DNA of 29,756 bases from NCBI GenBank assembly GCA_913020725.1, contig CAJWCD010000026.1:1-29756 (forward strand), read 5' to 3'. Shown in pieces: positions 1-10,760 of this stretch. Every line of letters begins with the position of its first letter. The first letter of the stretch is position 1. Origin of the DNA: an uncultured Pseudomonadota bacterium (GTDB lineage Bacteria; SAR324; NAC60-12). The translations under genes and the position numbers were made by a program. Below the pieces are notes generated by a model. It was not told the DNA's origin. It did not search any database and saw nothing but the letters and a program-made list of their open reading frames with translations.

Positions 1-130
1 TTTACAGGGCAAATTTTGCTGAGGACAGGCACCAACACTCAAGAGGGGGACTATCTAAATTTTAATCTAGGCAGAACACTAGGTGTTCCGCCCCAAGGAT
101 CGGAGTGCCGGATGGAAGAATGACCCTTCG

Positions 131-880
131 TCAGAGCATGTGGGCGACCTGCGGATGTTCACGGGTGAGTTGGGCAACGAGGGTGGAAATCGCTTCTGGA
201 GTGGTACGCTCACCGCGAGGAAGTACAATCGGCACGTCCACTGCGAGGGTCCCGGGACGAGAGGAGAACACGAGCAGGCGGCTGGCAAGCTGGAGGGCTT
301 CGCTGAGGTGGTGAGTCACGAACAGCACGGTGGGACTGCGGGATTGCCAGTAGTCCAGCAGCACCTGCCGCAGGGTGTCCGCCATCGGCTTGTCGAGCGA
401 GACGAAAGGTTCGTCCATGACGAGCAAATCCGGCTGGATGGAGAAGGCCCGGACCAGCGCAACGCGCCGCTGCATCCCCACGGAAAGCTGCGGTGGATAG
501 GTGTTTCGGAAGGCTCCGAGTTCGGTGGACGCGAGCAGTTTATCGATGATTCCGCTTTCGATTTGCTCCGGAGAGAGGACGAGCCGCAGGTTTTCCTCCA
601 CCGTACGCCACGGCAGCAGGCGTGGGTTTTGGAAGACGTAGCCGGTCTTAGGTTCACGACCTCCGGAAGTGGAACCGTTGAGGGAAACCGTGCCCTCGAA
701 GTCGGAATCGAGTCCGGCGATGAGGTTGAGCAGGGTGGTTTTTCCGCAACCGGAAGGGCCGAAGATGCAGAGGAATTCCCCGGAATTTACGGAAAAACAC
801 ACGTTCTCCAGCACGGTGACCTGTCCGTGTTTTTCAAAGGAACGGAAGCTCTTTCGGTGGATGTTCACCTGTAACTGCAT
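131..880 (-). CDS. ABC transporter ATP-binding protein, NitT/TauT (SsuB/TauB-like) family
   Basis: Walker A GPSGCGKTT, signature LSVGMQRRV, Walker B LLVMDEPF, H-loop FVTH; start overlaps the permease stop at 880. Confidence 0.93.
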   Translation of the reverse strand: MQLQVNIHRKSFRSFEKHGQVTVLENVCFSVNSGEFLCIFGPSGCGKTTLLNLIAGLDSDFEGTVSLNGSTSGGREPKTGYVFQNPRLLPWRTVEENLRLVLSPEQIESGIIDKLLASTELGAFRNTYPPQLSVGMQRRVALVRAFSIQPDLLVMDEPFVSLDKPMADTLRQVLLDYWQSRSPTVLFVTHHLSEALQLASRLLVFSSRPGTLAVDVPIVLPRGERTTPEAISTLVAQLTREHPQVAHML

Positions 881-1629
881 CAGCGCCGCCAGCGGTTTAT
901 CCGTCGCTCAAGGGGTTGCAGGAGTCCGTACTCCAAGACTTGGATCACCAGCACAAACGCGAGAGTGTAGGCGAGGATGCTGGCGATGTCGAAGAGTTGG
1001 AAGAAGAGGTGAAGCTGAAAACCGACGCCGTTGCTGCGGCCTAGCAGTTCGACCACCAACACGATTTTCCAGATGAGGGCGAGTCCGGAGCGCGTCGCGG
1101 CCACGAGAAATGGAGCCAACTGCGGCAGCACGATGTGCCGCAGCACTGTGCTGCGGCTCAGCCGGAAACTCTGCGCCATTTCCAGATAGTCGCGCTCCAG
1201 CGCCCGTGCGCCTTCCCGGATGGTGACGACGACGTTGGGAATTTTATTGATCACCACCGCCAGCACCGCTGCGGTTTCAATGAGGCCGAGCCAGACGTAG
1301 CAGAGGATGATGGTGACGAGCGCGGGGACGTTAAGAAAAAGCGTCAGCCAACTGTCAAAAAACCGATCCAGCGGCTTTGAAATTCCGAGCGCGATGCCGA
1401 TGCCGATGCCCGCCGTCATTGCCAGCGCAAAGCTCACGGCGACGCGCAACAGCGTGTGGCCGATGTGGTACTGCAATTCCCCCTCGGCGATGCTCTCCAG
1501 CAGCACCTCCAGCACGGTCAGTGGCAGGGGAAACAGGCGGGAATCCGCCCAGAGACCCGCGAATTGCCAAATCGCCAGCAAGCTTGCAAAGGAGAGGAGA
1601 GAGACCCCGATGGGCTTGCTGGCGAGCAT
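880..1629 (-). CDS. ABC transporter permease, NitT/TauT (SsuC/TauC-like) family
   Basis: About 6 hydrophobic segments; EAA-like loop YLEMAQSFRLSRSTVLRHIVLP; VVELLGRSNGVG motif; ATG 1629 (TTG 1632 alternative). Confidence 0.92.
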   Translation of the reverse strand: MLASKPIGVSLLSFASLLAIWQFAGLWADSRLFPLPLTVLEVLLESIAEGELQYHIGHTLLRVAVSFALAMTAGIGIGIALGISKPLDRFFDSWLTLFLNVPALVTIILCYVWLGLIETAAVLAVVINKIPNVVVTIREGARALERDYLEMAQSFRLSRSTVLRHIVLPQLAPFLVAATRSGLALIWKIVLVVELLGRSNGVGFQLHLFFQLFDIASILAYTLAFVLVIQVLEYGLLQPLERRINRWRR

Positions 1630-1641
1630 CAACTGAGAACG

Positions 1642-2667
1642 TCAGTAAGAGACGTGCGGCCAGAAGGTTCCGGCCTGCAATTCCAGGCTTTTGCCGACGA
1701 GCTTCTTGCCGCCCTGTTTGGCAAGCACCGCAAAGAGCCGCTTGGCAGCAGCACGTTCCGTTTCTCCCCAACTTCCCGGAATCCCGGCACGGTAGCTGTC
1801 TCGCAGGGCATTGAAGGTGGCATCGTCCTTGGCCTTCATCTTCGGACGCAAACGATCCCACTCACTTTGCGAATCGGCCAGTAAAGCCTTGGCTCTGCGC
1901 GAAGAGCGAGCAAAACCTTGCACGATTTCCTTATTCGCATTGGCCCAATTTTCCCGAAACGCATACCCCAGCATCGGTACGTCAGACCCGGCACCGAGTG
2001 TTTCGATGGCTTGCCCAATCGTCACCAACGGTTTCAAACCCTGAGCTTCAAGCCGGGCAATGTAGTGCCAGAAATTGATCACGGCATCCAGCTTTCCGGA
2101 GAGGATCTGTTGGTTGAGCAGCGGTGGTGCGCCAAACACTTTTTCCACGGAGGCGTTGAGGTCAATGCCTTCCTGCTGCTTGGCGAGGGCACGGACGACT
2201 AGCCAGCTTTTGTCCACCGGACCTCCGGCGATGCCGAGTCGCTTGCCCTGCAAATCCTTGAAACTGCGGATTCCGGAATCTGGCGCAACAAGCAAACTGC
2301 CGACAGCGCGTGAATAGGGAAAAAAAGTGAAATTCTCACCTTCGGCCCGTTGACGTGAGACCCAAACCCAATCCGTGACGATCATGTCCACACTTCCGGA
2401 TTGGAGGGCAACGGCGGTTGCATTCTTTCCGGCAAACCCGACAACTTCCAGTTCCACGCCTTCCGCTTTGGCGAAGCCGTGATGTTGAATGACATTGAGT
2501 TCCCAGTTAACCGTACCCCATTTTAGGACACCCACCCGGAGTTTCTTCGCCCACAATTCAGTGCCCCCGCTTCCGAGCAGGAGAAAGGTCAGCAAGACAA
2601 TGCCCCAGCTCTTTAGGGAGAAGAAGGAAGGTGGGGGAAAACCGATTGCGGCTTGCAGTGATTTCAT
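1642..2667 (-). CDS. ABC transporter substrate-binding protein, NitT/TauT (SsuA/THI5-like), of the type seen beside PQQ dehydrogenase clusters
   Basis: Signal peptide; LRVGVLKWGTVNWEL N-terminus; DSGIRSFKDLQGKRLGIAGGPVDKSW; first gene of an SBP-permease-ATPase operon. Confidence 0.88.
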   Translation of the reverse strand: MKSLQAAIGFPPPSFFSLKSWGIVLLTFLLLGSGGTELWAKKLRVGVLKWGTVNWELNVIQHHGFAKAEGVELEVVGFAGKNATAVALQSGSVDMIVTDWVWVSRQRAEGENFTFFPYSRAVGSLLVAPDSGIRSFKDLQGKRLGIAGGPVDKSWLVVRALAKQQEGIDLNASVEKVFGAPPLLNQQILSGKLDAVINFWHYIARLEAQGLKPLVTIGQAIETLGAGSDVPMLGYAFRENWANANKEIVQGFARSSRRAKALLADSQSEWDRLRPKMKAKDDATFNALRDSYRAGIPGSWGETERAAAKRLFAVLAKQGGKKLVGKSLELQAGTFWPHVSY

Positions 2668-2910
2668 CGGTTCCTCATTTTTTGAGAATGGATATTAGCA
2701 TGAGAAGCAAAAGACCTCTCATGGGTTATGTCTCGATTGAGACGCACTAAGGCACAGAGACAGTTGACATTTCTTGGGAAAACGCTTAACTGTGTCTATG
2801 CGAATTCGGCTTGCTTGTCGAATAACATGAAAAAACAAACACAGAAATTTGTTTCGCCAATCTCTTCACGAACCTTCCGTCAACCCCTTGAACCTGACAC
2901 TGGAGATAAC

Positions 2911-3249
2911 ATGATCCGCTTTGTGATCACCAGCTTGGCCCTGTTTTTTGCAGGGATTTTCCCCGTTTTAGCCAACGACTTTCCTACTGAGGCCCGTGCC
3001 GAATACGTCTTTGCCTGCATGGCGACCAACGGTGAAAACCGCGAGATGCTCAGACGCTGCTCGTGCAGCATTGACCGAATTGCCGAACACCTCACCTACG
3101 ACGAGTACGTCGAAGCGGAAACCGTGCTGCGGATGCGCCTGATGGGGGGCGGAGAAAAAGCCACCCTGTTCAAGGAAACCGCTTGGGCCAAGCAGATCGT
3201 GGACAAGCTCAAGCAAGCTCAAGCGGAAGCAGAACTGGATTGCTTCTAG
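2911..3249 (+). CDS. Small secreted 4-Cys hypothetical protein
   Basis: GGAG RBS at 2902-2905 before ATG 2911; signal peptide ending VLA; NDFPTEARAEYVFACM...RRCSCSID...LDCF resembles small proteins I recall from xox clusters. Confidence 0.8.
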   Translation: MIRFVITSLALFFAGIFPVLANDFPTEARAEYVFACMATNGENREMLRRCSCSIDRIAEHLTYDEYVEAETVLRMRLMGGGEKATLFKETAWAKQIVDKLKQAQAEAELDCF

Positions 3250-3359
3250 CCCACCGAGAGCTTACCACAGACTCCCCGGCAATGCTTGCACTATCCTTGC
3301 GAAAGTGTCGGGGACTTTTCAGGTTCACTCTCCCGTCAAAGACCAAAGCCTGCTGTCGG

Positions 3360-4208
3360 TCACGGATGCAATGCCGCTGCATGGTGCCGGATGTGGTCCT
3401 CCATGAAGGTGGCGATAAAGTAGTAGCTGTGATCGTAACCCGGTTGCATCCGGAAGGTCGCCGGATAGTCCTTGGACTCGCAGGTTTGCTTGAACAACTC
3501 GTAATTCAATTCCTCCATGAACTGATCCTCGGAACCCTGATCCACCAGCAGGGGCGCAGTCATGCTGCTGGATTGCATCAACGCATTGGCATCATGCTGT
3601 GCCCAAGCCTCCGGATTGTCGCCAAGGTAACTGCCGAGCGCTTGCTGTCCCCACGGGCATTGGCTGGGAGCGCAGATCGGCGCAAACGCGGACACCGAGC
3701 GAAAGCGTTCTGGATTCTTGAGTGCGAGCGTCAGGGCGCCATGCCCCCCCATCGAGTGCCCAAAGATGCTTTCACGTTCTGGATTGGTGGGGAAATTTGC
3801 GTGGATCAGTTTGGGGAGTTCGTTGACGATGTAGTCGTCCATGCGGTAGTGTTGCGCCCATTTCTCGACGGTTGCGTTGAGGTAGAATCCTGCTCCGGTG
3901 CCAAGATCGTAGCGTTCGTCCTCGCCTTCGATTCCGGCGCCACGTGGGCTGGTATCCGGAACTACGAGCATCAATCCAGCCGCCGCCGCGTACTGTTGCG
4001 CTCCGGCTTTGGTGATGAAGTTCTCGTGGGTACAGGTCAGTCCGGAAAGCCAATACAGTACCGGAACCGGGCCGGATTCCGCCTGGGGGGGCAGGAACAC
4101 AGAAAACTTCATTTCGCACGAACACGTCTCGGAAGCGTGGCTGAACATCTTGGTCCAGCCGCCGAAGGTTTTGTTTGCGCCGAGGGATTCGAGGGTGGTG
4201 GTTGTCAC
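3360..4208 (-). CDS. fghA: S-formylglutathione hydrolase
   Basis: PVLYWLSGLTCTHENF, PDTSPRG, nucleophile motif GHSMGGHG, GYDHSYYFIATF; GTG start. Confidence 0.97.
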   Translation of the reverse strand: MTTTTLESLGANKTFGGWTKMFSHASETCSCEMKFSVFLPPQAESGPVPVLYWLSGLTCTHENFITKAGAQQYAAAAGLMLVVPDTSPRGAGIEGEDERYDLGTGAGFYLNATVEKWAQHYRMDDYIVNELPKLIHANFPTNPERESIFGHSMGGHGALTLALKNPERFRSVSAFAPICAPSQCPWGQQALGSYLGDNPEAWAQHDANALMQSSSMTAPLLVDQGSEDQFMEELNYELFKQTCESKDYPATFRMQPGYDHSYYFIATFMEDHIRHHAAALHP

Positions 4209-4266
4209 AATTTGCCTGAGAGAAAGTTGAGATTGATTTTAGAGCAAGGACTATGCAGATGAAGGG

Positions 4267-5394
4267 TCATGGGGTCGGAGTTGGGAGTTTCAGGATTTTT
4301 TCCCGGACCCAGTAACGCAAGAGGGGGTCCGTGAACGAGTAAGCTCCGTTTGCTTTTTCCAAAAGCCCGGTGTTCAGCAGTCGCTTCACGGTGCGGGAGA
4401 TGTTGATTTTGCGGGAATCCATGACGGCGTACAAGGAGGAATTCCCTTTGGCCAGTTCCAAAACCACCTGCTTTTCTTGATGCTTGGCGCTGATTTCGTC
4501 CCAGACCTTTTCGCAATAGTTCACCTCTGTCTCCAGCGAGAGAGTCAGCAAGTCCTGAAAGGAACGATCTGCTTTTCCAAGCTGCTCACGGTGAAACAGT
4601 GCTTGCTGAGCCAGCAGTTGGGTGTAATACGGATGCCCGTTCGTGAAGCGGGTGATTTGGGCTGCGAGCGGTTGGGGCTGCTCAAAACCTTCCTCTTGAA
4701 ACACGGAGGTGAGGTGTTTCTGAAACACTCCCGGATCAATGGGCTTGAGCCGGAAGATTCTCGCGAATCGGTAAAACGGGGCCGTCGGCGAGACAAAGGT
4801 GTTGGACATCACCGACTCATGGCTCCCCGAAAAAAGACAAATGGTTGATGCCTGAAGTTGAAGCTCGGCGCGAAAGAGCTTCACAATTTTCTCCCCATCC
4901 AGCTTTCCTACATCTCCGAACTCATCGAAAACGGCAACGGTTTGGACTTTGTGCTTTTGAGAAAACGTCTCGATGAGCTTGAGGGAAGACCTCAGCAGGT
5001 CCCATGCGTTGGCCGACGCTTGCCCAAATCCCAGAATGAATTCGCTCCCCTCCACTTCCTGACGGAACTGAAGGTTTTGCATCAAGTCCGCAATTTGGTG
5101 TTTCAGTTGATGGATGGAAAAATCCAACTTCCGGTTGGACAGCACTCCTTTGGTGATCTCGGCGGCTAAATCATAAAGGTCCGGGATGGAGAAGAGATCC
5201 AAGTAAAACGAAAACAAGTTTTGTTGCTTGCTTCTGCGGAGGCTCTCCAGCAGGAGCGAGGTTTTGCCATATCGCCTTGGAGCAATCAGGGCCACGCTTT
5301 GACCCATCGCAATGCACTGCTCAAGCTCCCGAAGCTCCTGCTCCCGGCCAATCAGATTGCTCCCGGTCACTGGCTTTCCAACCTGAATCTGCAT
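4267..5394 (-). CDS. AAA+/archaeal-ATPase-like P-loop ATP-binding protein with probable C-terminal winged helix
   Basis: GKPVTGSNLIGRE, Walker A APRRYGKTS, Walker B VAVFDEFG, LFSGS, TNGHPYY (GxP), FTDPLLRYW; ATG 5394 chosen because the longer ORF overlaps frmA. Confidence 0.85.
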   Translation of the reverse strand: MQIQVGKPVTGSNLIGREQELRELEQCIAMGQSVALIAPRRYGKTSLLLESLRRSKQQNLFSFYLDLFSIPDLYDLAAEITKGVLSNRKLDFSIHQLKHQIADLMQNLQFRQEVEGSEFILGFGQASANAWDLLRSSLKLIETFSQKHKVQTVAVFDEFGDVGKLDGEKIVKLFRAELQLQASTICLFSGSHESVMSNTFVSPTAPFYRFARIFRLKPIDPGVFQKHLTSVFQEEGFEQPQPLAAQITRFTNGHPYYTQLLAQQALFHREQLGKADRSFQDLLTLSLETEVNYCEKVWDEISAKHQEKQVVLELAKGNSSLYAVMDSRKINISRTVKRLLNTGLLEKANGAYSFTDPLLRYWVREKILKLPTPTP

Positions 5395-5397
5395 GTG

Positions 5398-5468
5398 CGA
5401 CAGTTTGTGTATGCTACAGGAAGTGTCGTATGCGCCTGCCCCCGTCTTTCCGGAGCAGGCGCAAGCGT

Positions 5469-5471
<3 letters not shown>
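5398..5471 (-). repeat. 74-bp structured dispersed repeat, copy 1 (includes the frmA TGA)
   Basis: 63/74 ungapped identity to 21889-21962; 9-bp stem TGCGCCTGC (5431-5439)/GCAGGCGCA (5455-5463) plus a second imperfect CGACA/TGTCG stem. Confidence 0.9.
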
Positions 5472-7249
<1,778 letters not shown>

Positions 7250-7263
<14 letters not shown>

Positions 7264-8566
7264 TGCTCACCTTGCCCTCCACATCCAGCTTCCACGTCTG
7301 GATCGCGTTGTTGTGGTAGGTGGAGCGGGTGCCCCGCACCTTGCGCAATTGCCTAATGGTCGGTTGCACATAACCGCTTTCATCAATGACCCGGCTTTGC
7401 AACAAAAGCGGTTCGCCCTGCCACGTCCAAGTCATCCGGAAGCTTGTCAGGCATTTGGAAAGGACGGGCTGCTGGAGCTTGGCGGTTTCCCAATTGTTCC
7501 CACCGTCCACCGAGACATCCACCCGCTTGACCTTCCCGCGTCCGGACCACGCGAGTCCCCGGATTTCGTAGCTGCCCCGCTCCCGCAGTTGCTGGCCTCC
7601 GGACGGGAAGGTGATGACCGACTTGGCCTCGTTGACAAACGTGAACTGGCGGGCACTGCCGTCCGGCATCAGGTCGGTGTAGCGCGAGGTCTCCTCCCGC
7701 GTCATCCACGGGCGGGTGCCGACCTCCAAGCGCCGCAACCACTTCACGTTGGCGTTGCCCTCGAATCCGGGGCAGAGCAGGCGCAGCGGATAGCCCTGTT
7801 CCGGGCGGATGCGCTCGCCGTTTTGAGCATAGACCACCATCGCGTCATCGAGTGCCTTCGCCATCGGGATGCTGCGGGCAAGTCCGGCGGCATCCGCGCT
7901 TTCGGCTAGAATCCAGCGGGCCTGCCGATCCACCCCCACTTCGTCCAGCAGGGTGGAGAGCCGCACCCCGGTCCACTCCGAGCAGCCGATCATGCCGTGC
8001 GTGAATTGCACCGTCGGCATCACAGCCTGCGTCCACTCCAGCGTACCGTTCCCAGAACACTCGATGAAATGGATGCGCGACACCGACGGGAAGCGCATCA
8101 ACTCATCCATCGTGAAGAGCAGTGGACGCTGGACGAGTCCATGAATGAGCAGCCGATGTTCGTCAGGGTTGATGTCTGGAACCCCGGCGTGGTGCCGCGC
8201 AAAGTGCAGGCCGTTGGGCGTGACGATTCCGTGCAAGTCCTGCAAGGGAGTGAAGTTCACCGAGGCCCGCTCGTCCGGAAACAGCCAGTCAATGTCCCGG
8301 CGCATCACTTCACTCTCAAAACGGGAGGGCTGCCCGTAGGGAGCCCCCACCCCCACCCCCAACTCCTTTGACCACGACGGAGTGTGCGGAGGCAAATTGG
8401 AGCCTTGGGATTCTGCAAGGGCCGCAGTTGCGCCCAGCAGTCCGGCACCTGCCGCCCCTCCAGTGGCGAGGCTGGTTTGCAGGAACCTTCGGCGGCTCCA
8501 ATCCGTCCGGAAAGTTTCCGGACTCTGCCCAAGAACATGCTGCTGGTTCGAGGGATTGGCTGCCAT
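7250..8566 (-). CDS. soxC: Molybdopterin sulfane dehydrogenase subunit SoxC
   Basis: Tat motif SRRRFL; FTPLQDLHGIVTPNGLHF; Mo-ligand FIECSGNG; EQGYPLRL; REETSRYTDL; YHNNAIQTW; ATG 8566 (GTG 8575 alternative). Confidence 0.93.
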
Positions 8567-8592
8567 TTGCGTCACTTCGATTTCCGGTCGGC

Positions 8593-8922
8593 CTACTGCA
8601 CCACTCCGGAGCCTTCAAAGACGGTGTTGTAGTTGTCCACCAACCGGAGGTCGATTCGGTCCCCCTTCTTGCCCCGGTAACGGAATTCGATGAACGGGTT
8701 CCTGGAGATGGCGATGCTCCACTGCATCTCCAGCGCCAGTTCCCCGTTGACCCACACGACTCCCTCGGTGATGATGTGTTCCGGCCAGAATCCCCCGGTG
8801 GTCGGGTCGCGGCGCAAGCCGGTTTCCATCGGGTGCCTGATCAGCGCCTTCACCTGCACGATTCCGTCCTGCTCCCGGGCATGAACGCGGACGGTGCGTT
8901 CGTCTTTTTTTTGCTCTGCCAT
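8593..8922 (-). CDS. soxZ: Sulfur carrier complex protein SoxZ
   Basis: VKALIRHPMETGLRRD and WSIAISRNPF motifs; no signal peptide; directly after soxY. Confidence 0.93.
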   Translation of the reverse strand: MAEQKKDERTVRVHAREQDGIVQVKALIRHPMETGLRRDPTTGGFWPEHIITEGVVWVNGELALEMQWSIAISRNPFIEFRYRGKKGDRIDLRLVDNYNTVFEGSGVVQ

Positions 8923-8948
8923 CTCGGCTCACTGCGCTGACGGGGAGA

Positions 8949-9416
8949 TCAAGTGCATCCCCCAACCATAACCTGCACCGTGTGGGTCGCCCGGTAGAGC
9001 TTTCCGTTGGCCTTGACGACAACCAGCACTGGAGTTGTGCCAGGGCCATCCACCTTGATGCGGGTCGAGACAAAGGGTTCGACATGCTTGCCGAGCTTGT
9101 AGATCCCGGTCAAAGGCGTGGGGTTCTTCGCCACAAACACGGTGAAGGATTCGACCTCCTTCAGAGTGGTGGAGATCTCCATCGGCACAACCGCACCGTT
9201 CTGCCACCGGTCCGGCATTTTCAGGACCACCTCTGGGGAATCCTCGATGGGGGTGTTGCCAAACACGGCCTGGATGGACCGCGCAAAATTCGCCTCCCGG
9301 AAAGCGGCTTCGTCCCAGGCCGCCCACAACGGCATGGGCGAACACAGCCCCGCCCAGAGGACGGGAGCCGCAGTCCCCCATCCCAGAGCATTCCGGAAAA
9401 ATTCACGTCGTTGCAT
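8949..9416 (-). CDS. soxY: Sulfur carrier protein SoxY with variant C-terminal arm (VMVGGCT)
   Basis: Tat motif QRREFF; QNGAVVP, KNPTP, STRIK motifs; C-terminal GGC; AGGAGG RBS. Confidence 0.9.
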   Translation of the reverse strand: MQRREFFRNALGWGTAAPVLWAGLCSPMPLWAAWDEAAFREANFARSIQAVFGNTPIEDSPEVVLKMPDRWQNGAVVPMEISTTLKEVESFTVFVAKNPTPLTGIYKLGKHVEPFVSTRIKVDGPGTTPVLVVVKANGKLYRATHTVQVMVGGCT

Positions 9417-9443
9417 GGCACCTCCTTGAGTGCAGGTTGACGA

Positions 9444-9929
9444 TTATAATTTCAGTTTTTTCAGTTTATGCCGCACCAGCCACTTGGCGGCACGTTCCCA
9501 CGCTTTCCAGTTGTCGCCCCGGAAACTGACGGTACGGCTGAACAGCACCCGTTCCGTCTCCGCTTCGAACACCATGACCTGCATCCCCAGGATCAGCTCG
9601 CTGACCTTGCGGACCACCCCGGCAACCGCCCAGTCCCACTGGTGCTGCTTGGCAATATCCAGAAAGCAGCCGTTGCAGCCGTAGAGGGGTTCACCATCCT
9701 CAATCTCAGCCTGGGCGGGGGTCAGGTCCGGGGTGGAGAACCCGTACTGGACAAAGCCGTCCCGAATGATTTGAGTCACACCATCCAGCCATTCCGTGTG
9801 TCCCGGCTTTTGGCCTCCCCCGCTGGTATCAATCAGCTCGAAGCGGAACACCGCCACCTGCGGAGGAGCCGCGAGGACGGTGCCCGCGATTCCTGTTGCC
9901 GCCAGCAGAACTCCTAACCACTTTATCAT
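9444..9929 (-). CDS. Secreted DUF3280-like protein
   Basis: Signal peptide; VAVFRFELIDTS, CNGC, GVVRKVSELI, FRGDNWKAWERA match the DUF3280 pattern as I recall it. Confidence 0.75.
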   Translation of the reverse strand: MIKWLGVLLAATGIAGTVLAAPPQVAVFRFELIDTSGGGQKPGHTEWLDGVTQIIRDGFVQYGFSTPDLTPAQAEIEDGEPLYGCNGCFLDIAKQHQWDWAVAGVVRKVSELILGMQVMVFEAETERVLFSRTVSFRGDNWKAWERAAKWLVRHKLKKLKL

Positions 9930-10693
9930 GGGTTTGTTTTCACTTCCAGATGTTGCATGAGTTCCCGGCCCATTGCAAAGGCTCGCTGCTCCAGCAAGAC
10001 GGGTTGCTCACAGATGTAGCTCAGGGACTGCTCGCGCTGCTCAAAGGCCCGCTTGAACCAGTTTCTCTTGGAAAGCAGGTCGTCGTATTCCTCCTGTTGT
10101 TCCGCATTCATTTTCCTAGGAAAGGCTCGCAGCTTCAGTTCGAGCGTCTCCATCCGGTCTCCCAGCTTACGCTGGGCCACGGTGAACTTCTCGATCTTAC
10201 CGATGATGCGGTTCCGTTCCAGGTTGATGGTCTCCAGCATCCCGCTGGCCACCAGCGTCAACCGGTGATCCCGTCCAGATCCCAACTGTTGTGCAAATTC
10301 CACAACCTGCCGTTTCCCTTTCTCCAGCGGAGTTCTCCGGGAGGAAATCGCTTCCACCAGCATGGCAACCTCTGCATCCTTGAGCCACTTTCCCGTGAGT
10401 TCGTCAAACGGTGGTCCGACCCAGATCATGCCCGGTGAGATTTCCGGAACCTTGCGCTGGACGCACGGCCAGTTCTTGTCCGTGGGACTTCCGGAGAGGC
10501 CAAGCGTGGGGTGAGCCAGCAGCCCAATCCACAAGGCCAGAAAGAAAAGGGCAAAGTTCCAGAGGAGCAGAGTTCCAAAGGAGCCTGCCCTCCCTGCCCG
10601 GTCCCTTTGGGACTTTGGGACTTTGGAGCTTTGGAACTTCAATGTGAGTGCTGGAAGCCTCCTGTTGGTGAACCACAAGTGTCGAATGCCCAT
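9926..10693 (-). CDS. Exported hypothetical protein of the PQQ-catabolism/Lut-like cluster (start uncertain)
   Basis: Hydrophobic signal segment, then WPCVQRKVPEIS..W.GP, a helical coiled region, and SLSYICEQPVLLEQR; stop overlaps the DUF3280 ATG. Confidence 0.75.
   Translation of the reverse strand: MGIRHLWFTNRRLPALTLKFQSSKVPKSQRDRAGRAGSFGTLLLWNFALFFLALWIGLLAHPTLGLSGSPTDKNWPCVQRKVPEISPGMIWVGPPFDELTGKWLKDAEVAMLVEAISSRRTPLEKGKRQVVEFAQQLGSGRDHRLTLVASGMLETINLERNRIIGKIEKFTVAQRKLGDRMETLELKLRAFPRKMNAEQQEEYDDLLSKRNWFKRAFEQREQSLSYICEQPVLLEQRAFAMGRELMQHLEVKTNP
10553..10638. repeat. Short tandem and inverted repeat cluster
   Basis: Four 8-mers CTTTGGGA, CTTTGGGA, CTTTGGAG, CTTTGGAA (10605-10636); two 16-mers AAAGTTCCAGAGGAGC/AGAGTTCCAAAGGAGC (10553-10584); AGTTCCAAAG (10571-10580) is the reverse complement of CTTTGGAACT (10629-10638). 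Confidence 0.75.
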
Positions 10694-10760
10694 CTCTGTC
10701 CTCTTGTGCCAGAGTCCCAATTTCCTCCCCGGTGAGCGAGAATGCCCCGTTCAGGGTAGG

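Noticed and set aside
3273..3318. Possible terminator between the convergent 4-Cys gene and fghA
   Set aside because: The TCCCCGGCA/TGTCGGGGA stem has a loop of about 24 nt, too weak to call confidently.
3183..4262. 359-aa plus-strand ORF (likewise 83..874 and 18963..20099)
   Set aside because: Antisense shadows of fghA, the ABC ATPase and fccB.
10553..10638. Possible CRISPR array
   Set aside because: The units are 8-16 nt with no unique spacers, and there are no cas genes.
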